NCBI GenBank assembly: GCA_036021505.1
Contig: JAYXVV010000009.1
Span: forward strand, 5,600 to 69,599
Origin: Myxococcota bacterium
GTDB taxonomy: Bacteria > Myxococcota_A > UBA796 > CAJQPC01
Direction: 5' to 3'
Length of the DNA stretch: 64,000 bases
In this document: positions 50,432 through 61,480 of the stretch, piece by piece
Position numbering within the stretch: the first letter of the stretch is position 1
Layout of the letters: every line of letters starts with the position of its first letter
Position numbers and translations under genes: made by a program
Notes under the pieces: generated by a model
What the model was told of the DNA's origin: nothing
Databases searched by the model: none
The model's input: the letters and a program-made list of their open reading frames with translations, nothing else

Positions 50432-52660
50432 ATGTCCGAAGAAGTACAAGCACCAGCTCCCTCCTCCGATTCCTCTCCAAACCCACGCAGAAAACGCCGA
50501 CGGCGCCGACGCCGAGGGGGAGGAGAAGACAACGAGTCCGCCTCCACAGAGACCAACTCGCCTCGTCGAGGACGCCGAAGCCGACGTGGAACGCAGTCTG
50601 CTGATCCCAACACGACCCCAAGCATGCCATCGAGCGGGAAGAACCGTCGTCGACGTCGCTCTCGCCGTCGACGAGGAGCCCCTGTCTCAGGAATCGCCCG
50701 CCGTCGGGCGCTGAGCCGGTCGCAAGTTGAGGAACTTGAAGCCTACTTCACCCGACTCGATGATTCCCTTCTGGAGCTCATCTACAAAGGGATGGGAGGC
50801 CAACCCGGTCGCATCGACAAAAAAGAGCGCGTCGTGCAGCTCACCGTTCGAGCAATCGCCCAAGGCAGCCGCGTGGCCTCGATGCTCCGGGCTTGCCATG
50901 AGCGGGAGCGTACCGCGCTGGCCATCCTCATCCAGTGCGGCGGGCTCGCTCACAATGGTGGCTTTCTGCGAGAGCTGGTGCTCTCCTTAGGTGGACAGGA
51001 TCGCGAATGGGAAAAAGTGATGACCTCACTGGCCAACAAAGGCCTGGTTTTCTCTTCTGCCGCCCAAGATGACCATTTCTTCTACATGGTCCCCGAGCCG
51101 CTGGTGGAATTCCTTCTGCCGCACCTGACTGCTGAACTCAAGGTGCCGACGTTCCAGCACGAGGACATTCAGGTCCGAGAGCAGCGGCCCTTCTCTCCTC
51201 CACTGGACTTCTCGATCACCACGCTGTGTACCTACATCGATCAGAAGCCGCCGCGTCTTACCCAGCAACACGAGATCTACAAGACGCACAAAGAAGAAAT
51301 GGATGGATTCTTCAGCCAGCTCTGGGAAGCCGGGAGCGACCTTTTCCACTTTCACATCGACTTCTTGATGCAGCACGGTCTTGTCGAGCTTCGAGGCGAC
51401 AGCATCTCGGTGAACCGCCAGGTGGTGGAAGAATGGCTCAACATTGACCGGCAGGATCAGCGGGACCTGATTTTCCGAGCCTTGGACAAGAGCTTTCCCT
51501 ATGCCGAGTGGGCACTTTGGGCCGTTCATTCCGGACAAGGAGAGTGGGTCCCGGAGCAGCCTCTCTCCGCTCTCTACCGGCGATGGAAACGCGGTGAGGA
51601 ATGGCGCAAGAGGCTTCATGAGGGTGTTTTTGTTCCCCCGCGAAGCTCCGAGCGAGAGAGCTGGAGCTTTGCCCCGCTTGTTCGCTGCGGAATGCTCGAG
51701 TTGGGCGAATGGGGACAGGAGAAGTTCTATCGGTTGACGCCCCGAGCCCTCGCCATGCTCGAGCCTGCTGAGGACGATGGCTTTACTGCATTCTACCTCA
51801 CACCAAGCTTTGAAATCATGGCCCCCGCAGGATTGGCCCCGCAGCTGCTGTTCCGAATCGGTGAGCTCGGTGAGCTGACCGGTTGTGACCGGGCGAATAC
51901 CTACAGGATCAATGAGATCAACATTGAGTCCGCTCTGAGCAAGGGATGGCGCAGAGACGACATCCTGGACTTCCTGAGGGAGAACTCCCAGATCGGACTC
52001 CCTGAGAACGTTGAGCAGACCCTCCGAGGTTGGATGGGCTACCAGGGAGACGTGGAGTTCCACCAGGCCGTACTTCTCAGTGTGCACAACAGCCGAATTC
52101 GGAAACTTGAATCCAATCCGGCCCTGAAACCCTTCCTCCTGCACCGGTTTGTCCCCGGACTCTATGCGGTCGATCCAAGCAAAATGGAGGAAATCACCCA
52201 GATTCTCAACGAGACGGGCTTCCACCCCAGCCGCGAACTCAAACACTACCCCGGAAGCCCCACACAAGTGGCCTCTCGCGATCGCCTGCTCCAAATGGTG
52301 GCTGAGGCTCGAGCGACTTCGGAAGATCCCCTGGCCCGTGCTCAGGCTGCCGACACCCAACCCGAGGATCTGCATTGTGTTCCTGGAACAGGCAGGAAAC
52401 GCCCCAAACGCAAGAGTTCCAAGGCCCCTCGTGTGTCTCCGAGAGAGGCACGGCTTATCGCCAACCAGGCCATCACTACGGGCGCCGATCTCGAACTGCT
52501 CTACCTTGGACGGGATGGCAGTCGTGTCGCGAGTACAGTCAAACCCCAACGTCTGGCTGTAGCTCCAGACGGGAATGAGGTCATGGTTGGCCGAGACCTC
52601 AAGAAAGATGAACTGCGCACCTATCGCTTGACCAACATTGAGCGAATGCGTGCCCTGTAG
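50432..52660 (+). CDS. XPB-associated protein: Arg-rich N-terminus, XPB-N-terminal-like domain, WYL-like C-terminus
   Basis: It starts 8 nt after the XPB stop. aa 17-92 carry runs of R. aa 489-545, [44 protein letters not shown], parallel XPB YRITPLSLWNAACSGMTKDDIVDRLRSLTKFDIPPDVLQNVSDT. The C-terminus [16 protein letters not shown]...[13 protein letters not shown] is WYL-like. Confidence 0.7.
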   Translation: MSEEVQAPAPSSDSSPNPRRKRRRRRRRGGGEDNESASTETNSPRRGRRSRRGTQSADPNTTPSMPSSGKNRRRRRSRRRRGAPVSGIARRRALSRSQVEELEAYFTRLDDSLLELIYKGMGGQPGRIDKKERVVQLTVRAIAQGSRVASMLRACHERERTALAILIQCGGLAHNGGFLRELVLSLGGQDREWEKVMTSLANKGLVFSSAAQDDHFFYMVPEPLVEFLLPHLTAELKVPTFQHEDIQVREQRPFSPPLDFSITTLCTYIDQKPPRLTQQHEIYKTHKEEMDGFFSQLWEAGSDLFHFHIDFLMQHGLVELRGDSISVNRQVVEEWLNIDRQDQRDLIFRALDKSFPYAEWALWAVHSGQGEWVPEQPLSALYRRWKRGEEWRKRLHEGVFVPPRSSERESWSFAPLVRCGMLELGEWGQEKFYRLTPRALAMLEPAEDDGFTAFYLTPSFEIMAPAGLAPQLLFRIGELGELTGCDRANTYRINEINIESALSKGWRRDDILDFLRENSQIGLPENVEQTLRGWMGYQGDVEFHQAVLLSVHNSRIRKLESNPALKPFLLHRFVPGLYAVDPSKMEEITQILNETGFHPSRELKHYPGSPTQVASRDRLLQMVAEARATSEDPLARAQAADTQPEDLHCVPGTGRKRPKRKSSKAPRVSPREARLIANQAITTGADLELLYLGRDGSRVASTVKPQRLAVAPDGNEVMVGRDLKKDELRTYRLTNIERMRAL

Positions 52661-52668
52661 GAGGCCCT

Positions 52669-52893
52669 ATGCCTGAGTCTGAGTCACGCTCTTTTGAACA
52701 AGCACTGGAGGCCCTCGAGAACCGCGTTCGAAAACTGGAGGGGGGCGACATGCCTCTCGAGGAAGCCCTCTCGCTCTTTGAGGAGGGAATCGAACTCACC
52801 CGAGAGTGCCACGAAAAACTGGATGCGGCCGACCAGAAAATTGTGGAACTCACTCGCGGTATGGACGAGGAGATTCTGGAGAGCGAGCGCTAA
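52669..52893 (+). CDS. xseB: exodeoxyribonuclease VII small subunit
   Basis: [45 protein letters not shown] lies before the ATG. It starts 8 nt after the upstream stop. Confidence 0.85.
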   Translation: MPESESRSFEQALEALENRVRKLEGGDMPLEEALSLFEEGIELTRECHEKLDAADQKIVELTRGMDEEILESER

Positions 52894-55800
52894 TCCTCCC
52901 GAGGATTGACGTGACCCGGTAACTCGGCACCCAAGTCCAAAACATCCACGTTTCTTCCACTGGAATCGAGAAAGAATCGAGAGCGACTGACTTGGTGCTC
53001 TGCGATGAACTGAGCCTGAGGAAAGTTCAACACCACTCTCGGAAACAGGTTTTGCTTGACGGTGACCATGACTGTTGGCTCGGCTTCCCACTGGGCCAGA
53101 TGCAAGGCCAGTTTCTGTTCGAGCGCCACAACCTCAGCCCGCAACTCCGCTCGCTGAGCGCAAAGTGTCTCGACGCGAGGGCGCTCCTCTGGAAGGCACT
53201 CCGCGAGGGCCTCGTGGTCAGGGAGTCCCCCGAGAAGATCGTGGAACTTGATCCGCTGTCTCCGGCGCGCCCCGAGTTCTTTCTGGAGGAACTCCACTTG
53301 CTCTGGCAAACCACCGACCCGCAGAACTGTGGGCGTCCACTGTGCGGAGCCGAGCTGACACACCACCGCTCCTGCTCGAGCACGAATCTGTCCCCCTGAG
53401 ACGACGCCAGGCTTTCGATCCGCAAGCAGGCGCTCCTCGGTAATGACCTCACAGTGAAGGAGCTCCTTCTGGACGAGCACAGAACCCTTGGCCTCCAGAG
53501 TGGCATTCCTCGCTAGACCCACCGTGATTTCTCCCCCGGCACGGACAATGCTTCCGGAATCCACACCGGAAACAACACCACCCCGAACCACCACATTTCC
53601 CCCTGCCTCGATGGTAGCGCCCTCAACCACCTCACCGACCTCTACATCATCCGGGCAAGACACCTCAAAACCGGGGAGAACCGACCCTGAAATCTTTACA
53701 GAGCCCTGCGCTACGCGGACATGACCCGTGCGGTAGTCCACGTCCCCGTCAATCACGAGAAGCTCGACCACATCCATGAAGGCACCTCGGACCGTCAGAA
53801 CACCGTCCCGAGCGGCATAGGCCTCGGATTCCCGAACCACGACCCCAGCTCCAAACTCGACAGCCCCGTCTGCGCCGTCTCTGGCCTCGATCACCTCGCC
53901 GGTAACCGTCCTGCCCGCGACCCCCCGGGTGGGATCCATGATGTGAGCGAGCAGTTCCCCTTCTTTGACCTCCAAAAAGCTGTTCTGCTCTCGAAAATCA
54001 ATCCGTCCAAAAGCCCCTCTTTCTCCCGCTTGAACCGCAGATTCCAGTTCCACCTTGAGGCGACCGTCTCGGCCGTGTTTGGGAAGCGTACCTCTTGCCA
54101 CGCGGAGGTTCTCCTGAGGAGACCACTGGCGAGCTGCTGCCCGGCGACCCGACTGCACTGCCCGCTCCAAAAGCGCCTCTTTCTCCACCCCATGTGACTC
54201 CAAGACAGCCACCAAATCTGCCGATTCAACCGCTTCTCCGCCCAAGCGTTGAGGGTAAATGTCCATGTAGGCGGAGAGCCGACTGTCGTTGAACCGAATG
54301 CCTTTTTCCACCCAAAGTTCCAGGCTTTCTGTTCGAGCGATTCCAAACCCCCCCTGTTCCGTCACCCTGCCCCGAGCCACCTCGATTCGTCCGTAGACCT
54401 CCACGACAATCTCTCCGGCGTCCTCATCCCACCTCAGACCGTCTTTGAGCTGGAATTGGAATGCATGCACCCCTCGTTCTGGAGGAATCGTCTTTCCAAG
54501 CACATTGAGCCCCATCTCGGGGAGCACTGGAGGGACAATCCGACCGAAACGATCCCCAGCGAAGACACAGGTGTTCAGCCGATCTTCAAGAAGCTCGTAT
54601 GCCCCATCCGCTCCCTCCTGAGCTTTCCGACTTTGGGCCACGACAACATCGCGACACACCCTCGTTTGGTCCGTTGCCTCACGGAGTCCCTCGGCTAAGG
54701 CGTTGTCATCCACAACCGATGGATCCACGCCATGCCGAAGCAACTGCTCCCGAAGATCGGACAACGCCGTCGCTTCGCCATCCATTCGATATGGCCAAAT
54801 GTCCATCCGAACCTCATGACCATCCTCAGAGATCCGAACGCCTGGGAGAACACTGGCCCCTTCTTCCCCAAGAATTGGCTCACCATAAACTTCCGCTTGC
54901 GCCCACAATCCATCCGGAGAGCCCCTCGATCCCGAGCCCACTCGGATTCGCGTCTCCTCTACCGTGGTCTGAGGGCGGATCAGTCGCCCGTCCACCGTCT
55001 TGCCCGGTATTCCCTCCACATGCGGCACAAATCGAGCGAAAATCTCTCCCGGAAAAACCCCACATTCACCGTGCCAATCTTTGACGGGATGGCCATTTCT
55101 TCCCTCGATGGGAGGCACCCCCACACCCACCTCAAAATCCCAATGAATTCCGCCCCGGTTCTCGACGTCATCCAAGGCAGCCTGCAGCTTTTCTCTGGGA
55201 ATGAGTGACTCGTCGAAACCTTGGTTCACGAGAGCTGAACAAAGCTCATCTGCGTTGATCCGTTCCCCAGAGCTGTGCCTCGCGACGATGTCCATTGAAA
55301 GCCGCATGCCATCAGCGGATACATAGATTCCTGGCTGAACCATGACTCTCGATCCATCCACAAATGGGCGACCGTATACCGTCGCAACCACAAGGTCCTC
55401 CCCCACCCTCTCGCAGCCCGACTCCACATTCACCTTGGCGGCCTTCACGGGCTGTCCGCCCGGTATTTCAGCCCCGAACACCGAGCGACCCGATACCGGT
55501 TGACGCTCCGGTACAATGCGCACGACTGGATCCCCAGGGAAAACAATCGCCCCCTCACTCGGCTGGAGAGCTTCCAACACCCCGTCTTTTCCATCGACGG
55601 GCTCTCGACCACAAGCCACCTCGACATGCCACTGGGGAGACTCACTCTCCCATGCAAGTCGGAGGGCTTCAGAAAGTCTTTCCTCCTGCAGAAACTCCTC
55701 TTGGACACCCAGCGCAAGCACCTGCTCTACCAACTCTTTGTGCGCAATTCTTCGCCCATCGGCTCGAGCAGGAAACACATCCATCATGAGTCGAAAATCC

Positions 55801-58457
55801 GAGGGACTCAATCGGAACCCTGGAACAACTCGAACCTCGAGACCGTTGACTTCTGCCCGACCGTACACGCTTGAATGCACTGCCCTACCATCCTCGGAAA
55901 GTTGGCAATGCTGCTTGGCTTGCAAAGCCATGCCCACCTCTTGCAAGTCCGGGAGAAGCGCTCGCCCCTCCAAATCGAAGCCCGGTTCTGGCGGAATCCT
56001 GGCATTGACCTCCGCAATGCAATCACCAGGAAACACAACGGTCGGTCCCGGGGAAACATGACGTGTCACCTCCCAATCCTCTCCGGGAGAGGGCTGCCGC
56101 CCATAGGCCACCAAGACCCCCTTCAAAATGTTTCCTCGAGAGGTGGCAAGCGCATGGGCGATGGCTTCACGGTCCACACAAGCTTCAATGATCCCGGAAT
56201 TTCGGAGCACAGAAACCAGTTGCTCCACCCCCGTGAATGCCCCCGATGAACTTTCTGGAAAGATGTCCATTCGACACGACTGCCGCGACTCGTCCACGGA
56301 AAGAGCGGACTCCACCTCCATCCGTATGCGCAGATCCCCAGGCGGACCTTGCTCGCTCACAACACGGGCCATGCCATAGGCTTGGGAAACAAGGCTCTGC
56401 CCCTGATCCGGCGACATGCAAAAGTCCCCAGCCATCAGCGAGATTTTCCGGGGTGAATACGGACTCACAATCGGCTCTCCTCGCAGAGTCCTCCCTGGCT
56501 TTCCCGGCTCTCCAGGGTGAATGTGCGCGATGCGGTCTCCTGGAAATACTGGAAACCCCGTTGAGAGCCCAGCCATCTCCAAGGTTGCATCCGTCGGATT
56601 CTCCGGTTGCCTCGCCTGACCCACCACAACATCGACTGTTGACTTCTGGCGCAGGGCTTGAGCAATTCGTTTTTTGTTGAGGCACTCCTCAACAAACCCC
56701 TCCTCGAGCAGAACCCCCAGAAGAGCCTCCAGGGAGACAGGTTGGCCACCAATCCGCTTCTGAAACACCCGAAGACGCAGGGTCTGCTCTTGTTCGTCCT
56801 CGGACCACCCCTGCTCGACGGAAACCCCCTTTTTGTTGATCCGAACCTGCCCGTAGGTGGTTGCGATCACCCTCCCATCTTTCTCGACACAGCCCTTGCC
56901 CACACGAAACCGTTCGCCAGCACTCGAGGACGCATCCGCAAGGATGCGCTCTCCGAGCACACTCATTCCCGGCTCGGCAGGCTCAGCCTGGTCGACTTGA
57001 GCGAGTTCATCTCCCGGAAAAGCGGCGGTCACTCCAGTGACCGGGACAGGTCGAAACTCGGCATCCCAAGCCTCGACAGGCGGCCGCCCGACGGCCACCA
57101 GGCAATTCTCAAGCAACGTACCGCTGCGAATTGCTGCCGCCATTCCACGACGGAGCCCCCCTTCATCGATGAACTCGGCGACAATTCCATGATCCTCGAG
57201 CCAGCCTAAAACCTCTTCTTCCTGAAGTGCCTCACCGTCCGACCCCATGGGCGGGAGATCGACAAACGCCGAGAGTCCGTCGGCGGAGATTCGAACCGCA
57301 GGCTCCAAAAAAAACGAGTCTCCTTTACGCCGCAGAGAACCCGCCCCTGTGGCCACGACACGAACCTTGTCGCGGCTCAGGCTGAGCCCATCTCCAAAAG
57401 CGAGCTCAGCCGACTCCACACGTTCACGCGCCGCCACCACCTCGCCAAAAAGTCCCATTCCATCTCGTGCAGCCTGCGCTGGCCTCTGCATGAGGACTTC
57501 CTCCCCCGCGTGCACAAAGCTTCCCACTTCTCGAGCAAGTGCAAGGCGCTGTGGGGTCCCGTGAAGCGGTGGAAGAGATCGTGCTACGACCACGTTTTCG
57601 ACCACGTCATTGTCACTCCAGGCCTGTTTCACAGCCGCTCGAATGTTCTCCAGATTCACGCAGGGTTCGGCGATCTGGAGACCTGCCAAGATGTCTCGAA
57701 TTTGCACCACGGTGACCGGCCCACGACCCGAAACAGTCGGCCAGATGTTCATTCGAACCTCTCCCCGGTCCGCATCCAGGTTGAGGCCTGAAACCACCTC
57801 GACCTCTCCGACCGGCGTCTGACGCACGCGTCCGTATCGGGTGGCATAAATCCTGCCGTCCTCCAGGCGGCAGCCAGGCCCCGGCTGCGCCTCCTGTGAG
57901 GCTTCATCCACATCGCCGTCGATGGGATTTCCGAAGACATCGCGACCGGGCCGAGCCTCCGAACGAGGCTCCCACTCCCCGATCAAACTTCCCGCCACCA
58001 CGGCCACCGATTCCGTTTCCTCGACCAGCCGGACACCGCCCACAATTGCTTGCGTTGGCTCTTCTGCAAGAGCAACAGGAGTCTGCCGGTCCATCTCCCC
58101 TTCTGCGAAACCCTCCAACACCCCTGCAATGGCCTCCCGGTTCACGCCCACCACAACACCGGCGAGAGAAAGCTGACGCGTAACCGTTCCCACGGAGGGC
58201 TTTTGAGCCTCTTTGGGGCAGTCAATCTCTTGGATGACAACAACCCGGTGGTCCTCGCTGAGAGCAAAGGTCAAGCGGGCCTCCACAAACCGGAGGCCCA
58301 CATGAAACTGCCCCTTCCTCGACCGCAGCACCTCCAGTTCGTCCACCTCTCGATAGAGGAGCTCTGCAGCGCCCTCGAGGGCCTCACTCTCGTTCTTCGC
58401 ACGCACCCAACACTTGCGCGGCTTTCGTTCGGGTTCTAGCGCTTTAAAACCGTCCAC
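52890..58457 (-). CDS. giant DUF342/FapA-like protein (1855 aa) with nine tandem FapA-N-type modules
   Basis: The C-terminal about 300 aa have the DUF342 core: a Gly/Val-rich beta-helix ([21 protein letters not shown]...[13 protein letters not shown]...[27 protein letters not shown]) followed by a coiled coil. Upstream lie nine modules of about 165 aa. GTG start after GGTGAGG. Confidence 0.8.
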   Translation of the reverse strand: MDGFKALEPERKPRKCWVRAKNESEALEGAAELLYREVDELEVLRSRKGQFHVGLRFVEARLTFALSEDHRVVVIQEIDCPKEAQKPSVGTVTRQLSLAGVVVGVNREAIAGVLEGFAEGEMDRQTPVALAEEPTQAIVGGVRLVEETESVAVVAGSLIGEWEPRSEARPGRDVFGNPIDGDVDEASQEAQPGPGCRLEDGRIYATRYGRVRQTPVGEVEVVSGLNLDADRGEVRMNIWPTVSGRGPVTVVQIRDILAGLQIAEPCVNLENIRAAVKQAWSDNDVVENVVVARSLPPLHGTPQRLALAREVGSFVHAGEEVLMQRPAQAARDGMGLFGEVVAARERVESAELAFGDGLSLSRDKVRVVATGAGSLRRKGDSFFLEPAVRISADGLSAFVDLPPMGSDGEALQEEEVLGWLEDHGIVAEFIDEGGLRRGMAAAIRSGTLLENCLVAVGRPPVEAWDAEFRPVPVTGVTAAFPGDELAQVDQAEPAEPGMSVLGERILADASSSAGERFRVGKGCVEKDGRVIATTYGQVRINKKGVSVEQGWSEDEQEQTLRLRVFQKRIGGQPVSLEALLGVLLEEGFVEECLNKKRIAQALRQKSTVDVVVGQARQPENPTDATLEMAGLSTGFPVFPGDRIAHIHPGEPGKPGRTLRGEPIVSPYSPRKISLMAGDFCMSPDQGQSLVSQAYGMARVVSEQGPPGDLRIRMEVESALSVDESRQSCRMDIFPESSSGAFTGVEQLVSVLRNSGIIEACVDREAIAHALATSRGNILKGVLVAYGRQPSPGEDWEVTRHVSPGPTVVFPGDCIAEVNARIPPEPGFDLEGRALLPDLQEVGMALQAKQHCQLSEDGRAVHSSVYGRAEVNGLEVRVVPGFRLSPSDFRLMMDVFPARADGRRIAHKELVEQVLALGVQEEFLQEERLSEALRLAWESESPQWHVEVACGREPVDGKDGVLEALQPSEGAIVFPGDPVVRIVPERQPVSGRSVFGAEIPGGQPVKAAKVNVESGCERVGEDLVVATVYGRPFVDGSRVMVQPGIYVSADGMRLSMDIVARHSSGERINADELCSALVNQGFDESLIPREKLQAALDDVENRGGIHWDFEVGVGVPPIEGRNGHPVKDWHGECGVFPGEIFARFVPHVEGIPGKTVDGRLIRPQTTVEETRIRVGSGSRGSPDGLWAQAEVYGEPILGEEGASVLPGVRISEDGHEVRMDIWPYRMDGEATALSDLREQLLRHGVDPSVVDDNALAEGLREATDQTRVCRDVVVAQSRKAQEGADGAYELLEDRLNTCVFAGDRFGRIVPPVLPEMGLNVLGKTIPPERGVHAFQFQLKDGLRWDEDAGEIVVEVYGRIEVARGRVTEQGGFGIARTESLELWVEKGIRFNDSRLSAYMDIYPQRLGGEAVESADLVAVLESHGVEKEALLERAVQSGRRAAARQWSPQENLRVARGTLPKHGRDGRLKVELESAVQAGERGAFGRIDFREQNSFLEVKEGELLAHIMDPTRGVAGRTVTGEVIEARDGADGAVEFGAGVVVRESEAYAARDGVLTVRGAFMDVVELLVIDGDVDYRTGHVRVAQGSVKISGSVLPGFEVSCPDDVEVGEVVEGATIEAGGNVVVRGGVVSGVDSGSIVRAGGEITVGLARNATLEAKGSVLVQKELLHCEVITEERLLADRKPGVVSGGQIRARAGAVVCQLGSAQWTPTVLRVGGLPEQVEFLQKELGARRRQRIKFHDLLGGLPDHEALAECLPEERPRVETLCAQRAELRAEVVALEQKLALHLAQWEAEPTVMVTVKQNLFPRVVLNFPQAQFIAEHQVSRSRFFLDSSGRNVDVLDLGAELPGHVNPRED
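53778..58325 (-). repeat. protein-level tandem array: nine diverged modules of about 165 aa
   Basis: The anchor strand xRMDIxP starts at aa 52(degenerate), 233, 395, 559, 727, 888, 1051, 1215 and 1394 (nt 58304, 57761, 57275, 56783, 56279, 55796, 55307, 54815, 54278). Each is followed by a helical segment, a vFPGD-type motif, G..G..v.G..I and a..vYGr. Confidence 0.75.
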
Positions 58458-58508
58458 TCCACCTCACCGGTAGACCCGCGAAAAAAGGCTTTTGAGGCAG
58501 CCTTCGGA

Positions 58509-58931
58509 TCAGACCCCCTCCATTACTTTACCCCAGACCGCATTCGCCGACATCACGCCGATGATCGCGGAGATGATTCCAAGCTGGAGAATGGCTCCAA
58601 GAACCAACCGATTGCCCTCCGTCGCAGCGGTCTCTTCCAGCGCCGGCCGAATCATCCGTTTCCCAACAATCTCCATGGGCGCCCAGAGCAACAGGGACAA
58701 CCCAAGCCACCAGGTTGTCAGGGGATACTGCATGGCGTGCCACAGGTACAGACCCGCGAGCAAAATGACGGGTCCCACAATCCGAATCGATACGGTCTGG
58801 AGAATGTCCAGAACTCTTCTTGAACCTTCTTTTTTACCACCGCCTGCAACAGCGAGGACCAACTGCAGAAACAGGAGCCCAAAGATCAGGTATCCTAAGT
58901 GTTTATGGAGGTGATGCATTCCTTCTAACAT
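58509..58931 (-). CDS. small integral membrane protein (4 TM)
   Basis: Four hydrophobic helices. It lies directly upstream of, and co-oriented with, the giant gene (51-nt gap). No family was recognised. Confidence 0.55.
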   Translation of the reverse strand: MLEGMHHLHKHLGYLIFGLLFLQLVLAVAGGGKKEGSRRVLDILQTVSIRIVGPVILLAGLYLWHAMQYPLTTWWLGLSLLLWAPMEIVGKRMIRPALEETAATEGNRLVLGAILQLGIISAIIGVMSANAVWGKVMEGV

Positions 58932-59065
58932 TTGAAAAACCCCTGGACCTTCTGTGAAGCTTCTTGCAACTCTACAGCAATGGATCTACCCATTGTGCGT
59001 TTTAGAGCTTATTATGCCGCCCCGACTGTGCACCACGACCCCTCAAAACCTGACCGATTCCACGC

Positions 59066-59818
59066 ATGTTTGAAACTGTTGGCAAAAATCAGAAGATAAA
59101 CCGCCGTAGACAGGCAGGTTCTCTGGCCCTCGCTTTGTTGATGTTGGTGTCCTCAGGCGCATTCATGATCATTGGGGGCAGCCAGCTGGTTGAGGAGCTG
59201 GAGTTCGAGGAGCCTGTTGAGGTTGTCTTGTTCGAAGACCTTGCTCCCCCTCCACCTCCTCCCCCACCACCTCCTGCCTCAACCTCCCAACAACAAGAGG
59301 AGGAGGAAGAAGAGGAAGAAGAGGAAGAAGAGGAAGAGGAAGAAGAAGAAGAAGAGGAGCTCGAGGAAGAAGAGGTCGAAGAGCTTGAAGAAGAAGTTCC
59401 TGAAGAGATTGTCGAGGAAGAAAAGGTTGTCGGCGTCGAGGGCGGCGTCGAGGGCGGCGTCGAAGGTGGCGTTGTTGGTGGCGTCATTGGTGGTGTCGAG
59501 GGTGGCGTGATTGGTGGTCAACTCGGCGGAACAGGTGTCCGTGCCGTGCACTGGTCTGAGGTGCGCGTAAAGCGGCGACCCGAGGTGCGTTACCCCCGAA
59601 ATGCCCAGAGCATGAATTTGGGCCCTGTAGATTGTCGCGTTCGCATCTTCATCGACGCTCGTGGTCGACCTTATGAAGTGAAGATGGAAAGCTGCCCCAA
59701 CATCTTCCGAGAGTCTGCTGAGCAGGCCGCTATGAAGTACCGTTTTTACCCCATGAAAGTTGCCGGAGAGGCCGTGCCTTGTCAGTTCGTTCTCTCCATT
59801 AAGTACCGGCTGCGATAG
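59066..59818 (+). CDS. tonB: TonB-family energy transducer
   Basis: N-terminal TM anchor, a Pro10 run, a Glu-rich spacer and a C-terminal TonB domain (YPRNAQSMNLGPVDCRVRIFIDARGRPYEV...AMKYRFYP). Confidence 0.8.
   Translation: MFETVGKNQKINRRRQAGSLALALLMLVSSGAFMIIGGSQLVEELEFEEPVEVVLFEDLAPPPPPPPPPPASTSQQQEEEEEEEEEEEEEEEEEEEEELEEEEVEELEEEVPEEIVEEEKVVGVEGGVEGGVEGGVVGGVIGGVEGGVIGGQLGGTGVRAVHWSEVRVKRRPEVRYPRNAQSMNLGPVDCRVRIFIDARGRPYEVKMESCPNIFRESAEQAAMKYRFYPMKVAGEAVPCQFVLSIKYRLR
59246..59530 (+). repeat. low-complexity coding repeats in tonB (CCN)10, (GAR)21+, (GTC/GGC-GAG-GGY-GGC)n
   Basis: It encodes PPPPPPPPPP, 21 consecutive Glu followed by further E-rich sequence, then V/I-E/V/I-G-G tetrapeptide repeats. 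Confidence 0.85.
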
Positions 59819-59842
59819 CCAGCCCCACTGTCCGAGGAATCC

Positions 59843-60526
59843 ATGTCTCTCCCCCTCTCTACCCTCATCGGTGCAGGCCTCAGTGTTACTGAAGTCTGGG
59901 CAAAAGCCAGCTTTATCGTCAAGTTCATCGTCCTTGTCATGTTGTTCATGGGCCTCGCGTCAATCTACGTGAGCATTGAACGCTGGGTCACCTTCCGCAA
60001 GGCAAGGAATGCATCCCAACAGCTCGGCTCCGAGCTCTCCGAAGCGTTTTCCAAGGATGACCTCTCCGCAGCCCTCTCGGCCTGCGAGAAAGAGGAGTAC
60101 AAGCAGTCCTACCTGGGCAATGTGCTCCGCCCCGGCCTCCAAGAAGTTCAAGGAGACTTGGACACCAACAGCCATGCTGCCGCGATGCGCGCCATGGAGC
60201 GCCAGTCCATCCAAGAAGAGGCCAGCCTCAAGAGAGGAATGGCCATTCTCGCGACCACGGGCTCTACCGCTCCGTTCGTTGGACTGGTCGGTACCGTTTT
60301 CGGCATCATCCACACCTTCGAAGCCTTCGGAGACGGGGGTGCTGAGCTGCTGGGAATCATTGCTGAGATTGGTGAGGCCCTCTATGCAACCGCAGTCGGG
60401 ATCGCGGTCGCGATTGTGGGTGTGTGGCTCTACAACTTCTTCAACTCGAAAATCGACGCCATCAGCCGAGACATCAGCATTTCCGTTCAGGAATTCAACG
60501 ACTGGTGTGAAAAGAAGCTGGCTTAG
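59843..60526 (+). CDS. exbB: MotA/TolQ/ExbB proton-channel protein
   Basis: LATTGSTAPFVGLVGTVFGII and EALYATAVGIAVAI motifs. Three TM helices. Confidence 0.88.
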   Translation: MSLPLSTLIGAGLSVTEVWAKASFIVKFIVLVMLFMGLASIYVSIERWVTFRKARNASQQLGSELSEAFSKDDLSAALSACEKEEYKQSYLGNVLRPGLQEVQGDLDTNSHAAAMRAMERQSIQEEASLKRGMAILATTGSTAPFVGLVGTVFGIIHTFEAFGDGGAELLGIIAEIGEALYATAVGIAVAIVGVWLYNFFNSKIDAISRDISISVQEFNDWCEKKLA

Positions 60527-60557
60527 CTTCCGAAACGATTCAGGCAAGGAGTAGTCC

Positions 60558-60989
60558 ATGGGCGCCAAGGTTGGTGAAGACAAAGGCGGAGCCATTTCCG
60601 AGATCAACGTGACACCGCTTGTGGATGTCATGCTGGTGCTCTTGGTTGTCTTTATGATTGCCAGCTTTGCCATCACGACAGGGATTTCAATGCCACTTCC
60701 CGAGTCCTCCACGTCCTACGAGAAACAGGACAAGGGCGACCATGTGGTGGTCAGCATTGATGCCGAGGGCAAGGTGTTCGTCGGCAAAGATGCCACGGTT
60801 CTTGAACGGCTCATCGACGACGTGAATGCTGCATTCAACAAAAATCCTGGAGGAGCCTTGCTGATCAAGGGGGACAAAAACCTCCACTACGGGCAGGTTC
60901 GTGAGGTCATGGATCTGCTTGCTGAGAACGGGATGACCACACTGCTTTTGGCCACTGATGAGGCCTCTGGAACCGGGGGGGGCAGCTAA
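60558..60989 (+). CDS. exbD: ExbD/TolR biopolymer transport protein
   Basis: EINVTPLVDVMLVLLVVFMI, then a periplasmic domain with ...LIKGDKNLHYGQVREVMDLL. Confidence 0.85.
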   Translation: MGAKVGEDKGGAISEINVTPLVDVMLVLLVVFMIASFAITTGISMPLPESSTSYEKQDKGDHVVVSIDAEGKVFVGKDATVLERLIDDVNAAFNKNPGGALLIKGDKNLHYGQVREVMDLLAENGMTTLLLATDEASGTGGGS

Positions 60990-61480
60990 TGGGCTTCAAA
61001 CTCGGTGGAGAAAAGAGCAATGCGCCCAACTCGGAGATCAATGTCACTCCGTTGATCGACATCATGCTTGTGCTCTTGATCATCTTCATGATCGCGATGC
61101 CTCGAATGGTGAATGAGATGGCCATGAACCTGCCATCCAAGACCGAGACCAAGAAGAAAGAGAACGACAGCAAACCCAAGCAGCTGATGGTCGCCATCTA
61201 CGAGGATGAGCGCCTCGCGCTCAATCGAGAATACATGACCAAACAGGAGCTTGCTGAGCGCTTGACGGCTGAAATGAAGGGGCGAGAGTCCAAGGTCATC
61301 TTCGTCGATGCCCACCCGGACCTCAACTACAACTACGTCGTTGAGATCTTCGACTTGGTTCGGGATGCCGGACCGGAAAAGGTCGGCCTCGCTCGGGTCA
61401 AGGATCAAGGACCTGCCAAGCCCTCTGAAGAGGGGAGTGCAGCTCCGGAGGGAGCTGCCGCGGACCCAGGTGCCGGGTGA
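60989..61480 (+). CDS. exbD: ExbD/TolR biopolymer transport protein (second copy)
   Basis: EINVTPLIDIMLVLLIIFMI, ...VDAHPDLNYNYVVEIFDLV. The ATG overlaps the upstream TAA (TAATG). Confidence 0.85.
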   Translation: MGFKLGGEKSNAPNSEINVTPLIDIMLVLLIIFMIAMPRMVNEMAMNLPSKTETKKKENDSKPKQLMVAIYEDERLALNREYMTKQELAERLTAEMKGRESKVIFVDAHPDLNYNYVVEIFDLVRDAGPEKVGLARVKDQGPAKPSEEGSAAPEGAAADPGAG

